Origin: Candidatus Magasanikiibacteriota bacterium
GTDB taxonomy: Bacteria; Patescibacteriota; Patescibacteriia; Magasanikbacterales; GWA2-37-8
Direction: 5' to 3'
NCBI GenBank assembly: GCA_041678665.1
Contig: JBAYNU010000002.1
Location: 5,039 to 69,038, forward strand
Length of the DNA stretch: 64,000 bases
Under the pieces are notes generated by a model. The model was given only the letters and a program-made list of their open reading frames with translations. It was not told where the DNA came from and made no database searches. The translations under genes and the position numbers were made by a program. Below, in pieces: positions 19,165-29,124 of the stretch (positions within the stretch are counted from its first letter, which is position 1; each line of letters begins with the position of its first letter).

Positions 19165-20403
19165 TCAAGAGTTAATTAAATAATTCATTGGATCAACCGG
19201 AATGCCGTTTAAACGTGTTTCAAAATGAAGATGTGGTCCGGTAACAAACGGTCCAGATCCAATCTTGCCCGGTGTGCCGCCGGAATAACCGATGATGTCT
19301 CCTTTGCCCACAAATTGATCCTCAGAGACGTTGAGACTACTCAAGTGCCCATAAAGAGTAGACAGGTCGCCGGAATGTACTAAAAGGATGTAGCTATAAC
19401 AGGACGCAGTAGTGCACTTTTTTGCTCGCCCCACGTATCCAGCCGCAGCCGCATGTATTGCTGTTCCTTGCGAAGCGCGAATATCTATACCACTATGTTC
19501 AAATACATTACGAAACGGGTAGTCCGGTTCGTGAAAGGTAGCGGTAATATAATGACTAGGTACAGGCCAAACAAAGTTAACCGAATCGGACTCGTTAATT
19601 TTACTTTGCTGTTCTAATTTTTTTCTCACTTGGTCCTCATAATTTCTCACTTCATTTTCGATTGATTTATATTGCTGCTTTAAGCTTTCTAATAAAGTTT
19701 TATACTTTGCTTCGGATGATTGGGTTTGCACCAAAAGTATCTTTTTGTTTCCAGTTTGTTCACCTAAAGTTTTTCTTTTGTTTTCCAATTCTATTTGTAA
19801 ATTTTCATGAGTTTTTTTGCGTTCATTAACTTGCGCTTTTTTATTATCCAAATCTTCTTTAATTAAACGTAAATTTTTAACTGATTGACCCAGATCGGTA
19901 TAGATATTTTCCAAATATTGAACTTGATTATAAAAATCTGAAAAGCTATTATTAGTAAACATTATTTCTAAATATTGTTTTTGATCTTCCGCGTAGACCC
20001 CGCGAATAATAGCGGCAATGATATCTTTTTGTTTGTCTATTACCGCTTTTTTGTCGTTAATAGATAATTGTAAAGCCTCGATTTCAAGTTGGGCTTTATT
20101 AATTTCGGTTTGGGTAAGTTCGATATCAGCATCGGTTTGGGCAATACGATTATCCAGAATACTTAATTGATTTTTAAGTGAAGTCGTTTCCAGCTGTTTT
20201 TGATTAATATTGCTTTGATATTTAGCAATAGTTTCTTCCAATTGTTTAATAGTTTCTTTACGCTTAACTATTTCTTCGTTTAGCCCTGCTATTTCTTCGG
20301 TATTACCACCAATTTCAGCCTGTGCTAAATTAATTTGATAAAAAACAAAAAATAGAGTAAATAATAACCCGGATAATATTACCAATGAGTCTCCTTTTTT
20401 CAT
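19165..20403 (-). CDS. M23 family metallopeptidase with long N-terminal coiled coil (EnvC-like)
   Basis: C-terminal HxxxD...HLHFE M23 motifs; signal/TM followed by about 250 aa coiled coil. Confidence 0.8.
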   Translation of the reverse strand: MKKGDSLVILSGLLFTLFFVFYQINLAQAEIGGNTEEIAGLNEEIVKRKETIKQLEETIAKYQSNINQKQLETTSLKNQLSILDNRIAQTDADIELTQTEINKAQLEIEALQLSINDKKAVIDKQKDIIAAIIRGVYAEDQKQYLEIMFTNNSFSDFYNQVQYLENIYTDLGQSVKNLRLIKEDLDNKKAQVNERKKTHENLQIELENKRKTLGEQTGNKKILLVQTQSSEAKYKTLLESLKQQYKSIENEVRNYEDQVRKKLEQQSKINESDSVNFVWPVPSHYITATFHEPDYPFRNVFEHSGIDIRASQGTAIHAAAAGYVGRAKKCTTASCYSYILLVHSGDLSTLYGHLSSLNVSEDQFVGKGDIIGYSGGTPGKIGSGPFVTGPHLHFETRLNGIPVDPMNYLINS

Positions 20404-20405
20404 TT

Positions 20406-21980
20406 TTATGATATTAATTTTTTAATAGCTATTTTGATTCTGTTTATAGTTTCGTCTTTTTTCAGAACTTCAGCAATTTCAAATGGCCCCGGTGATTTAT
20501 CTTGTCCAGACAGGGCAACTCGCAGAGGCCATAAAATCTCTCCGTTATTATAATTATTTTCTTTAATCCACTCCCCTATTTTAATTTCTAAATCACTCTT
20601 ATTCCAAGATTGAACACTAAAAGTATTCAGCAACTCTTCTAGGCCCGGTAAAACTTTTGTCACAGTCTCCATATTACTCTTTTTCCATACCAAAAGCGAG
20701 CTGTCATATTCTGGTAATTCAAACACAAATGCTAATGCTTTCGGCAGCTCCGCGAGTGTCGCGACTCTTTCACGCTCCAATGGTAACGCCTTTGTTAGTT
20801 GTTCATTATTAATTGTTAATTTACTGGTTTTAAAAAAAGGTACCACTCTTTCCACTAAATTTTCTAACGGCAGGCGTTTAATATACTCTTTATTAAACCA
20901 ATCCAATTTTTCCAAATTAAATACCGCTCCGGATTTATTTACTTTGGCAAAATCAAATTCTTTAATCAAATCCTCTAAAGTAAAAAGCTCGCGATTGTCT
21001 CCCGGATTCCAACCTAAAAATGCTACAAAATTTATAACTGCTTCCGGCAAATAACCTTTTTTAATATAATCCTCCACCGCCACATCACCCTGGCGCTTGC
21101 TTAACTTGGATTTGTCGAAATTCAAAAGCAGGGGCAAGTGAGCGAATTCGGGCGGCTGCCAGCCGAAATATTTATAAAGCTGTAAATGTTTGGGAGTGCT
21201 GGAAATCCACTCTTCGCCACGACTGGCGACGGTAATCCCCATTAGATGATCGTCCACTACTACGGCCAAATGGTAAGTGGGAAAGCCATCGGATTTAATA
21301 ATTACCTGATCATCAACCAGCTCATTTTTTATTCTGATTTCCCCACGAATTAGATCATTAAAAACCGTTTCGCCGAATTTTGGCATTTTCATGCGAATAA
21401 CATGCTTTTCGCCGCCCGCGATACGTTTTTTGGCTTCCTGAGGATCAATGCCGGCGCATAAACCATCGTATCCGGTTGGTATTTTATTTTTCTGCTGCTT
21501 TTCTCGTAATTCCATTAAACGCTCCGATGAACAAAAACAATAATAAGCGTGACCTCTATCTAATAATTCCTGGGCATATTTTTGATAAATTTCCAAACGT
21601 TCAGACTGTATATATGGTCCACGTTTACCCACCTGCGCCACACAATTGTCATTCTGAGGCGCAGCTGAAGAATCCTTTTGGCTTTCAGGTGACAAGAGAT
21701 CCTTCCCTGAAGGGGTCCCTTTGGGATGCCCGCTCAGGATGACATTATCAGCGCTCTTTTTTAAAACTACGCCCTCATCTGGAACCAGGCCGGCCCAAAC
21801 TAAGGAATTTAAAATATTTTTTACGCCATCCTCGACAAATCGCTCGCGGTCGGTATCCTCGATACGCAACAAAAACTGTCCGCCGTGTTTCTTGGCGTAA
21901 AGATAGGCATACAAAGCCGTGCGCAAACCGCCAATATGCAAATAACCGGTGGGACTAGGAGCAAAACGAGTTCTAATCAT
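20406..21980 (-). CDS. gltX: glutamyl-tRNA synthetase carrying an in-frame insertion of about 33 aa derived from a palindromic repeat
   Basis: HIGG and KMSK class I motifs; 524 aa; insertion ...SPESQKDSSAAPQNDNCVAQVG... is encoded by repeat 21646..21745. Confidence 0.9.
   Translation of the reverse strand: MIRTRFAPSPTGYLHIGGLRTALYAYLYAKKHGGQFLLRIEDTDRERFVEDGVKNILNSLVWAGLVPDEGVVLKKSADNVILSGHPKGTPSGKDLLSPESQKDSSAAPQNDNCVAQVGKRGPYIQSERLEIYQKYAQELLDRGHAYYCFCSSERLMELREKQQKNKIPTGYDGLCAGIDPQEAKKRIAGGEKHVIRMKMPKFGETVFNDLIRGEIRIKNELVDDQVIIKSDGFPTYHLAVVVDDHLMGITVASRGEEWISSTPKHLQLYKYFGWQPPEFAHLPLLLNFDKSKLSKRQGDVAVEDYIKKGYLPEAVINFVAFLGWNPGDNRELFTLEDLIKEFDFAKVNKSGAVFNLEKLDWFNKEYIKRLPLENLVERVVPFFKTSKLTINNEQLTKALPLERERVATLAELPKALAFVFELPEYDSSLLVWKKSNMETVTKVLPGLEELLNTFSVQSWNKSDLEIKIGEWIKENNYNNGEILWPLRVALSGQDKSPGPFEIAEVLKKDETINRIKIAIKKLIS
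21646..21745. repeat. palindromic dispersed repeat, family A copy (TGTCATTCTGAGG...CTCAGGATGACA), in-frame inside gltX
   Basis: terminal inverted repeats plus internal GAAGAATCC core shared with copies at 44400, 45579, 47714, 55814, 57744. Confidence 0.7.
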
Positions 21981-22734
21981 AATATTTTGATTTTATCACC
22001 AACCAAGTAAATACTATGGTAGCATTTATTATTCTAATTAATCTCTTAGGCTGAATAATTAGTCGATACATCCATTCTAACCCAATTCGGCGTAAAAATA
22101 AAGGGGCGCGCGGCACGGCACCGGAAATATAATCAAATGACCCTCCTACCCCCATTGCAATTTTAACCTTAGGGATTTTAGCTAAATTTTCGTGGATCCA
22201 TTTTTCTTGCTTACTCATACCAAAAGCAACGAAAAGAATATCCGTACTAAAATTATTTATTTTATTTAAAATTGTTTCGTTATCAGCGATTATTAATTCG
22301 TAGTTATTAATTCGTAGTTCTTCAATCTTCGGGCCCTTGTTGTATCCCGCGATTTTTAAATTCGGAAATTGCTTCTGTAAATTTTCCGCTGTTTTTTTGA
22401 CCACATCCTCACTGCCTGAACCAAGCAAATATATACTTTTTTCCTGTTCTGCCGCTAATTTACAAATATCCAGCATAAAGTCTACGCCGGTCACACGCTT
22501 TAAATTAAAAAACAATTTTAACCCAAATCCATCGCAGGTATTAACATCGCCAGTATTTAGTACTTGTTTAAAATATTCGTCTTTCTGCGCGCGCACGATC
22601 ATTTCGGGATTAATGGTGTAAATTTTAGCCTGCTTTTCGGAGTGCAAAAAATCTTTCGCTACGTTAATAGCTCCATCTTTGGTATAACTTTCCACTTTTA
22701 CCCCAAGCGCAAACATGTAATTATTTTTTTTCAC
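21973..22734 (-). CDS. WecB/TagA/CpsF family glycosyltransferase (GT26)
   Basis: CDGFGL, RVTGVDFM, YLLGSG motifs. Confidence 0.75.
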   Translation of the reverse strand: MKKNNYMFALGVKVESYTKDGAINVAKDFLHSEKQAKIYTINPEMIVRAQKDEYFKQVLNTGDVNTCDGFGLKLFFNLKRVTGVDFMLDICKLAAEQEKSIYLLGSGSEDVVKKTAENLQKQFPNLKIAGYNKGPKIEELRINNYELIIADNETILNKINNFSTDILFVAFGMSKQEKWIHENLAKIPKVKIAMGVGGSFDYISGAVPRAPLFLRRIGLEWMYRLIIQPKRLIRIINATIVFTWLVIKSKYYD

Positions 22735-22975
22735 CTTTAATAATATATAAAGAAACCATCACTACCAAAATCGTTAGAATTAAAGCATACAATAATTTAG
22801 CCAATGCTCCGTCACCGCTAGCCAACGGAAAATATTTTTCAATCAAGGACTTAACGGCTTCGTTCCATGCCAGAGATACTATCAAGCCAAGGCCAGCCAT
22901 GATGTAAGTGCCGATTTTGTGTTTTACCTCCAAGCGTACCTTTTGGGCTTCGGATTTAATGTCGATAGTGGGCAT
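22721..22975 (-). CDS. hypothetical small membrane protein
   Basis: 84 aa, two hydrophobic helices. Confidence 0.4.
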   Translation of the reverse strand: MPTIDIKSEAQKVRLEVKHKIGTYIMAGLGLIVSLAWNEAVKSLIEKYFPLASGDGALAKLLYALILTILVVMVSLYIIKGEKK

Positions 22976-22977
22976 AA

Positions 22978-23457
22978 TTACTTTAATTTAAATACATTAA
23001 TTAATTTTTTGATTTGCCTAACAAATAAAACATTGAGAACATTGGGAACAAATTTATAATAAGCGATATTTAGTAAAATTAAAATTACAATCACTATCGC
23101 ATCGTAGCTCTGGCGCATCCAATAATTATCTTCAAGTCGCACCCACATGCCGAATTCATCAAAAGTCAAGCCCAAGCCGACTCCATAAAAAAGTGCTGAC
23201 CAACGAAAAGCATCTGATTCTGCCGGCGGACGACGTAAAAGCAGATACAGACCAACTATGCATAAAATAACCACACCGTAAGTAAAATGATGAATGTGGA
23301 CACCTTTAACAGTGAGAAAAAGATTGGGCATTAAATGGCCAAGCACCAAATATACCACCAGACGCGAGGCGGCGAAGGTAATCAAAAACGCAAAAGCAAC
23401 CAAACCAATGATGCGCTTGGAGGTGATTGACTGATTTTGAGTAACGAAATTCTTCAT
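22978..23457 (-). CDS. hypothetical 4-TM membrane protein
   Basis: 159 aa, 4 predicted TM helices. Confidence 0.45.
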   Translation of the reverse strand: MKNFVTQNQSITSKRIIGLVAFAFLITFAASRLVVYLVLGHLMPNLFLTVKGVHIHHFTYGVVILCIVGLYLLLRRPPAESDAFRWSALFYGVGLGLTFDEFGMWVRLEDNYWMRQSYDAIVIVILILLNIAYYKFVPNVLNVLFVRQIKKLINVFKLK

Positions 23458-23702
23458 AGAAATAATGCCTACATTATACTAGATTTTTTATAAAAAAACA
23501 ACCCGATTTAGTAAAGACTAAAGCGGGTTGGAAAGCTTCTTAGAATTAACACCCAAATCTGTAAAGCCAGTATACAATACCGGCGACGACTGGAACTAGC
23601 AAAAGGCCTGCAAGCCTACTTTTCCAATGGCGTTCTCATACGTGCCTTCCTTTCCATAAAAAGAACGACTTTTTCGATATTTGTGCTATAATACTAGTAT
23701 AC

Positions 23703-23730
23703 TTGACATATTTGTTCAGTATGGTAAAAT
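23703..23730 (+). promoter_or_regulatory. sigma70-like promoter for clpB (TTGACA-16-TAAAAT)
   Basis: TTGACA at 23703-23708, TAAAAT at 23725-23730. Confidence 0.5.
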
Positions 23731-23731
23731 A

Positions 23732-23758
23732 TTATCACTCTCAGTGGTAGAGTGATAA
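23732..23758 (+). promoter_or_regulatory. CIRCE-like inverted repeat (HrcA operator-like) immediately downstream of the clpB promoter
   Basis: TTATCACTC-N9-GAGTGATAA versus CIRCE consensus TTAGCACTC-N9-GAGTGCTAA. Confidence 0.55.
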
Positions 23759-23835
23759 ATCCAAAACGTTTTGAATTTTGATATTTATATTTTAAATTTA
23801 TTTAGAATTTGTAATTTTGAATTTATAATTTAAAT

Positions 23836-26466
23836 ATGCCTCCTCAAAATTTTACCAATAAATCCCAAGAAGCCATCCAGCGCGCGGCACAGATCGCCAC
23901 TCAAAACGGCCAATCTCAAGTTGATCCGCCACATTTGTTTTTCGCGTTTTTAGACGACGAGGAAGGCGTGGTGGTTTCTATTTTGCGCAAACTCAATGCC
24001 AACCTTATTTCCATCCGCGCCGGTATTCAAGCGCTCATCGACCAAATGCCCAAAGGCACTTCCCTGCCTCAAGGCGGTGTTGGTCAAATCATGCTTGGCC
24101 AGGCGATGTTATATATTTTCAATACTGCTGGACAAGAAGCCCAACGTATGGGTGATGAATTTATCAGTTTGGAACATTTATTTTTGGCGTTTCTTACCGG
24201 CAAGAATCCCATCAGCGAGCTTTTAAACAAACATAATGTTAATTACGATCAAACCTTAAAAGCTCTGTCATCTATTCGAGGCACACAAAAAGTGGATAGC
24301 CCGGAGCCAGAGGCCAAATATAATTCTTTAGAAAAATATGGTAAAAATTTGACTGACTTGGCACGGAAAGAAAAAATTGATCCGGTAATTGGACGTGATG
24401 ACGAAATCCGCCGTGTCTTGCAAATCCTTTCTCGTCGCACCAAAAATAATCCAGTATTAATTGGCGAACCTGGCACCGGTAAAACTGCCATTGCCGAAGG
24501 ATTGGCCCAAAGAATTGTGAACGGTGATGTGCCAGAATCGTTAAAAAATAAGGAAATAATCGCTTTGGACATTGGCTCGCTTTTGGCCGGCACTAAGTTT
24601 CGCGGTGAATTTGAAGATCGTCTTAAGGCCGTGCTAAAAGAAATTAATGCTTCAGGCGGAAAATTTATTTTATTTATCGATGAACTACACACCATCGTAG
24701 GCGCGGGCGCTACCGAAGGCAGTATGGACGCGTCCAACATGCTTAAACCAATGCTCGCGCGCGGTGAGCTACATTGTATCGGCGCTACTACTCTTAAAGA
24801 ATACCAAAAATATATCGAAAAAGACGCGGCCTTGGAACGCCGTTTCCAACCGGTAATGGTTGCCGAGCCTTCGGTGGCCGATGCTATCGCCATCTTGCGG
24901 GGCATCAAAGATAAATATGAAATTCACCACGGTGTGCGCATTACCGACCCGGCCCTACTCGCGGCGGTAAAACTTTCCGACCGTTATATTAGCGATCGCT
25001 TTTTGCCGGACAAAGCGATAGATTTAATAGACGAAGCGGCCAGCGCTCTGCGCCTAGAAATTGACTCCATGCCCGAGGAACTAGATAAAATGAAACGCCA
25101 AGAAATTAAATTTGAAATCGAAAAACGCGCTCTCAAAAAAGAAACCGACGAAGATTCCAAAGCGCGCCTCGCCAAAATAGAAAAAGAGTTGGCGGACATG
25201 AAAGAAAAATCTTCAGAACTCGAAGCTAAATGGAAAAATGAAAAAGAAATTATTACCAGAATTCACGACCGCAAAAAGGAAATTGATACCTTTAAACAAC
25301 AAGCAGAAATTGAAGAACGTAGAGGCGACTTGCAAAAAGTAGCCGAAATTCGGTATGGTAAAATTCCTTTATTGGAAGGAGAAAATCGCGTTGATGAAAA
25401 AAAATTAATTGAGTTACAAAAGAATCGTGGAATTTTGAAAGAAGAAGTCTCGGAAAGAGATATCGCCGAAGTAGTGGCACGCTGGACTGGCATTCCCACC
25501 TCCAAAATGTTACAAGATGAGTTAACCAAACTTACCGAAATGGAATCAACGTTGGAAAAAAGAGTGGTGGGGCAAAAAGAAGCCCTTAAATCAATGGCTA
25601 ATTCGATTCGGCGCAGTCGCGCTGGCATTTCTGACCCCAAACGCCCAATGGGTTCGTTTATCTTTCTTGGGCCAACCGGTGTGGGAAAAACCGAACTGGC
25701 CAAAGCGCTAGCGGAATTTTTATTTGATACCGAAGATGCGCTGGTACGCGTGGATATGAGTGAATATATGGAAAAACATGCAACGTCCAAAATTATCGGA
25801 TCTCCCCCCGGCTACGTCGGCTTTGAAGAAGGCGGACAACTCACTGAAATAATTCGCCGTCGACCTTACGCCGTAGTATTATTTGATGAAATTGAAAAAG
25901 CGCACCCGGATGTCTTTAATATCCTTTTGCAAATTCTTGATGACGGTCATATTACTGATGCCAAGGGACGCATCGTGAACTTCAAAAACACTGTAATTAT
26001 TATGACCAGTAATATTGGCAGCCAGGAAATTTTGGATTTCAATAAAAAGGGTGAATTGGGCTTTGGTAAAAGTCATGCTGGTAAAAAACAAAATGAAGAC
26101 GAAATTAACAAACGAATGATGGATTTGTTACGCGAACGCTTTAAACCAGAATTCATCAACCGCGTGGATGAAATTATTGTTTTTCATTCTTTAAACGAAA
26201 AACAAATTGAAGAAATTGTAAACATACAATTAACACAAGTGCAAAAACGATTGGATGATAAAAAAATAACTTTGAACGTGGATGAAGCGGCCAAAAAACA
26301 TCTAGCCAAAGAAGGCTATAATCCGGACTTTGGCGCGCGTCCACTAAAACGGCTCATCCAAAGCGAAATTTTGGATGAACTGGCTTTGCGGATTATCGAA
26401 GGCAAAGTGAAAGATGGGCAAACAGTGAAAGTGGGTATGGAAAAGGGTAAGATTGTGGTAAAGTAA
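23836..26466 (+). CDS. clpB: ATP-dependent chaperone ClpB
   Basis: Clp N domain, two AAA+ modules with Walker A/B, middle coiled-coil domain, 876 aa. Confidence 0.95.
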   Translation: MPPQNFTNKSQEAIQRAAQIATQNGQSQVDPPHLFFAFLDDEEGVVVSILRKLNANLISIRAGIQALIDQMPKGTSLPQGGVGQIMLGQAMLYIFNTAGQEAQRMGDEFISLEHLFLAFLTGKNPISELLNKHNVNYDQTLKALSSIRGTQKVDSPEPEAKYNSLEKYGKNLTDLARKEKIDPVIGRDDEIRRVLQILSRRTKNNPVLIGEPGTGKTAIAEGLAQRIVNGDVPESLKNKEIIALDIGSLLAGTKFRGEFEDRLKAVLKEINASGGKFILFIDELHTIVGAGATEGSMDASNMLKPMLARGELHCIGATTLKEYQKYIEKDAALERRFQPVMVAEPSVADAIAILRGIKDKYEIHHGVRITDPALLAAVKLSDRYISDRFLPDKAIDLIDEAASALRLEIDSMPEELDKMKRQEIKFEIEKRALKKETDEDSKARLAKIEKELADMKEKSSELEAKWKNEKEIITRIHDRKKEIDTFKQQAEIEERRGDLQKVAEIRYGKIPLLEGENRVDEKKLIELQKNRGILKEEVSERDIAEVVARWTGIPTSKMLQDELTKLTEMESTLEKRVVGQKEALKSMANSIRRSRAGISDPKRPMGSFIFLGPTGVGKTELAKALAEFLFDTEDALVRVDMSEYMEKHATSKIIGSPPGYVGFEEGGQLTEIIRRRPYAVVLFDEIEKAHPDVFNILLQILDDGHITDAKGRIVNFKNTVIIMTSNIGSQEILDFNKKGELGFGKSHAGKKQNEDEINKRMMDLLRERFKPEFINRVDEIIVFHSLNEKQIEEIVNIQLTQVQKRLDDKKITLNVDEAAKKHLAKEGYNPDFGARPLKRLIQSEILDELALRIIEGKVKDGQTVKVGMEKGKIVVK

Positions 26467-26541
26467 ACTCTATTAAAATACAGGAGGGACTTTTCTACTG
26501 TGACAGACGTTGGTGTGAAAAAGAAAAAAATATAATAAAAA

Positions 26542-26580
26542 CGAGCAGTTTTAAGTCATGCTCGGGACTTTTCTCATTTC
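26542..26580 (+). terminator. putative terminator hairpin in convergent intergenic region after clpB
   Basis: CGAGCA-N11-TGCTCG stem followed by T-rich tract. Confidence 0.4.
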
Positions 26581-26841
26581 TTACACAGCATGGCGATAAA
26601 TCTCATTAATAATCTCATAAAGATGCCGGGCTTCTTCGGCATCCTCTGCCGCTTTTTTTATAGCGGCATAGTTTTTTGCCGCTAGATTCTTCAGAATTTC
26701 CCCAGGGGACATCTTAATATTACGATCGTTATTGAGCATCGTCAAGATGAATGTGTCCCCTTTCTCCAGTTTTTGCCGCAAATATGGCAAATCTGTATAT
26801 AGCTCACAAGCCCTATTTATAAACTCTACTGGAAATTTCAT
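26581..26841 (-). CDS. hypothetical protein
   Basis: 86 aa ORF, no recognisable motif. Confidence 0.4.
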   Translation of the reverse strand: MKFPVEFINRACELYTDLPYLRQKLEKGDTFILTMLNNDRNIKMSPGEILKNLAAKNYAAIKKAAEDAEEARHLYEIINEIYRHAV

Positions 26842-27039
26842 TTTCTCCTCCTTTAATGTTAATAGACCCTAATAACATTATACAGATCCCAAACCAATTG
26901 TCAAGGGGGTTTATAAAATAACTACGGGGGAAATAAGTATAATAATTTTGTTAATCAAAAAAATACTATAAAATCTTGGTTTTTTGTTAAAAACATTGTA
27001 TAATACTGATAGTAAATAAAAAATCAAGTTAAAAATAAT

Positions 27040-27444
27040 ATGCTCCAAATAACTCCCTACGATCCATGCGGCCATACAAAATTAGCGGTTTCTGATTTTA
27101 AAAAAAGCTATACTTTTTATAAAGAAATTTTTGATGAGCTCGAATACCAACTGGTTTCAAATAAAGATGACCACGCTACTTGGGCTAGCCCAGATGGATA
27201 CGCTATTTTAATAACGCAGGCCAAAATAACCAACTACCCATACAAATTTGGCGCTCCCGGACTGCACCATCTTTGTTTAAAAGCCCATTCAGCGGAATTA
27301 GTGGATAAGATATACCAACTTTTACGGAAAAAAGGTGTTTATATATTTGACACCCCTCAAAAATATCCGGATTATACGGACAAATATTACGCTGTATATT
27401 TCGCTGATCCAGACGGAATAAAATTGGAAGTAGCTTATTATTGA
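27040..27444 (+). CDS. VOC (glyoxalase/bleomycin-resistance/dioxygenase) family protein
   Basis: 134 aa, paired beta-alpha-beta-beta-beta module pattern; TTGGTT-17-TATAAT promoter upstream. Confidence 0.5.
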   Translation: MLQITPYDPCGHTKLAVSDFKKSYTFYKEIFDELEYQLVSNKDDHATWASPDGYAILITQAKITNYPYKFGAPGLHHLCLKAHSAELVDKIYQLLRKKGVYIFDTPQKYPDYTDKYYAVYFADPDGIKLEVAYY

Positions 27445-27480
27445 ATTCGTATATTCAAAACCTATAATATTAAATTTTAT

Positions 27481-28005
27481 ATGGATATCAAAACAGCCAT
27501 CGCTCAACGCCGCAGTATTCGAAAATACCAAGACAAAGAAGTGCCCAATGATTTGATTGAAGAAATTATAGACGCCGCACGTTTGGCGCCGTCGGGAAAA
27601 AATTCTCAACCCTGGCGATTTTATATTGTTAAAGATCGCAAAATTAAAAACGAGTTCAAAGCTAATAAAATTTTTACCCGGGATTTCGTATATAATTCTC
27701 CCGCGTTTATTATCTGCTGTGCTGATCCGAATGTCTATCAGCACCACCCCGAAGAATTTGATAATCAAAATGACATTCGCGCCAACCGCGATCTAGCTAT
27801 TGCGTCGGCATTTTTGATATTACGCGCGACCGAATTAGGGCTTGGCACTTGCTATATCGGCTCAGTAAATCGAGATAAAATTAAAAATATTTTAAATATC
27901 CCCTCTTCCTATCTGGTTCCCTATGTTATTACTGTGGGCTACCCAAATGAAAACCCCCAACCAACGCCGAGAAAAAAACTGGAAGAAATTGTATTATTAT
28001 CATAA
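27481..28005 (+). CDS. nitroreductase family protein
   Basis: RRSIRKY...APSGKNSQPWRF nitroreductase signature. Confidence 0.8.
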   Translation: MDIKTAIAQRRSIRKYQDKEVPNDLIEEIIDAARLAPSGKNSQPWRFYIVKDRKIKNEFKANKIFTRDFVYNSPAFIICCADPNVYQHHPEEFDNQNDIRANRDLAIASAFLILRATELGLGTCYIGSVNRDKIKNILNIPSSYLVPYVITVGYPNENPQPTPRKKLEEIVLLS

Positions 28006-28014
28006 AAACTAATT

Positions 28015-29064
28015 ATGTCTTTGGTCCCCTACACAAAAATCGAAATAAAAGAAAATGGCGAACCGATGGTTGACTTGGATAAGTATGATTTTTTATTAGA
28101 GCCAAAATATTTTCAACAAGAACTTTCCCCTACCCCCAAAATGTATTTACGCGAGGGGGTGGCTCAAAAATTGTTAAAAGTACAAAAATCTTTAAGCCCA
28201 CTACGCCTAAAAATTTGGGATGCGTTTCGATCGCGTGATGTACAAAATAATATTTACCAAAAATACTGGCAAGAATTTAAAATAGCTCACCCCGAGTGGG
28301 ACAATCTTACTCTGGAATTAGAAGTAGGTAAATTTGTTTCACCTCCATACCAAACAGAGAGAATTCCTCCGCACGCTACCGGCGGCACGGTGGATTTAAC
28401 TTTGGCTGATGAAAATGGCCACGAACTGGACATGGGGACAATATTTGATCATTTTGGACCCGAAGCACAACCGGAGTATTTTGAGACACATGCCGGCAAT
28501 CCAACGGCCGCAAAAAATAGAAAAATTCTGCGAGAAGCCATGAAAGCCGAGGGTTTTACAACGGATCAAGACGAGTGGTGGCACTTTGATTATGGCAATC
28601 AAATGTGGGCGCTAAAAAGCGACCGGTCACCAGCGTTTTATGGAGAAGCAAATATATCAAAAATGCTTCAAGAAATTAGCGCTGGCGGAGTGGTGGTAAA
28701 CAATGATAAGGTGCTGGTTGTTTTTCAGGACAAAACTCAAACTTGGGCCTTGCCCAAAGGACATATAGATGAAGGAGAAACACCAGAAACCGCCGCCCGC
28801 CGAGAAATTTATGAAGAAGCCGGCATCACCGACCTAATTTTTATCAAAGAGCTAGGTTCTTACACTCGTGGCACCAAAAAACATCCGGATATCAAAAAAT
28901 TTATTACGATATCACTGTTTACCACCAATCAAAACGCACTGCAACCACTTGACATAGAAAATTCTGCAGCCAAGTGGGTGGATATCGAAGAAGTAGCTGA
29001 TTTATTGAGCTACAACGAAGATAAAAAATTCTTTTTGAAATTTAAAGACTCGCTTGATAAATAA
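28015..29064 (+). CDS. fusion protein: VanX/DdpX-type D-Ala-D-Ala dipeptidase (M15D) N-terminal domain plus NUDIX hydrolase C-terminal domain
   Basis: HATGGTVDLT and EWWHFDYG M15D motifs; C-terminal PKGHIDEGETPETAARREIYEEAGI NUDIX box. Confidence 0.75.
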   Translation: MSLVPYTKIEIKENGEPMVDLDKYDFLLEPKYFQQELSPTPKMYLREGVAQKLLKVQKSLSPLRLKIWDAFRSRDVQNNIYQKYWQEFKIAHPEWDNLTLELEVGKFVSPPYQTERIPPHATGGTVDLTLADENGHELDMGTIFDHFGPEAQPEYFETHAGNPTAAKNRKILREAMKAEGFTTDQDEWWHFDYGNQMWALKSDRSPAFYGEANISKMLQEISAGGVVVNNDKVLVVFQDKTQTWALPKGHIDEGETPETAARREIYEEAGITDLIFIKELGSYTRGTKKHPDIKKFITISLFTTNQNALQPLDIENSAAKWVDIEEVADLLSYNEDKKFFLKFKDSLDK

Positions 29065-29124
29065 AGCTTGGTTCTTATCTCAAAACATGGTATAATAAAA
29101 TCGGACTTATTTAATCCGGTTTTT

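Noticed and set aside
24249-25790. Several long antisense ORFs inside clpB (219, 175, 71 aa on the minus strand)
   Set aside because: They lie entirely within a well-supported AAA+ chaperone gene, have low-complexity S/A/R-rich translations typical of the reverse frame of a relatively GC-rich gene, and have no start context.
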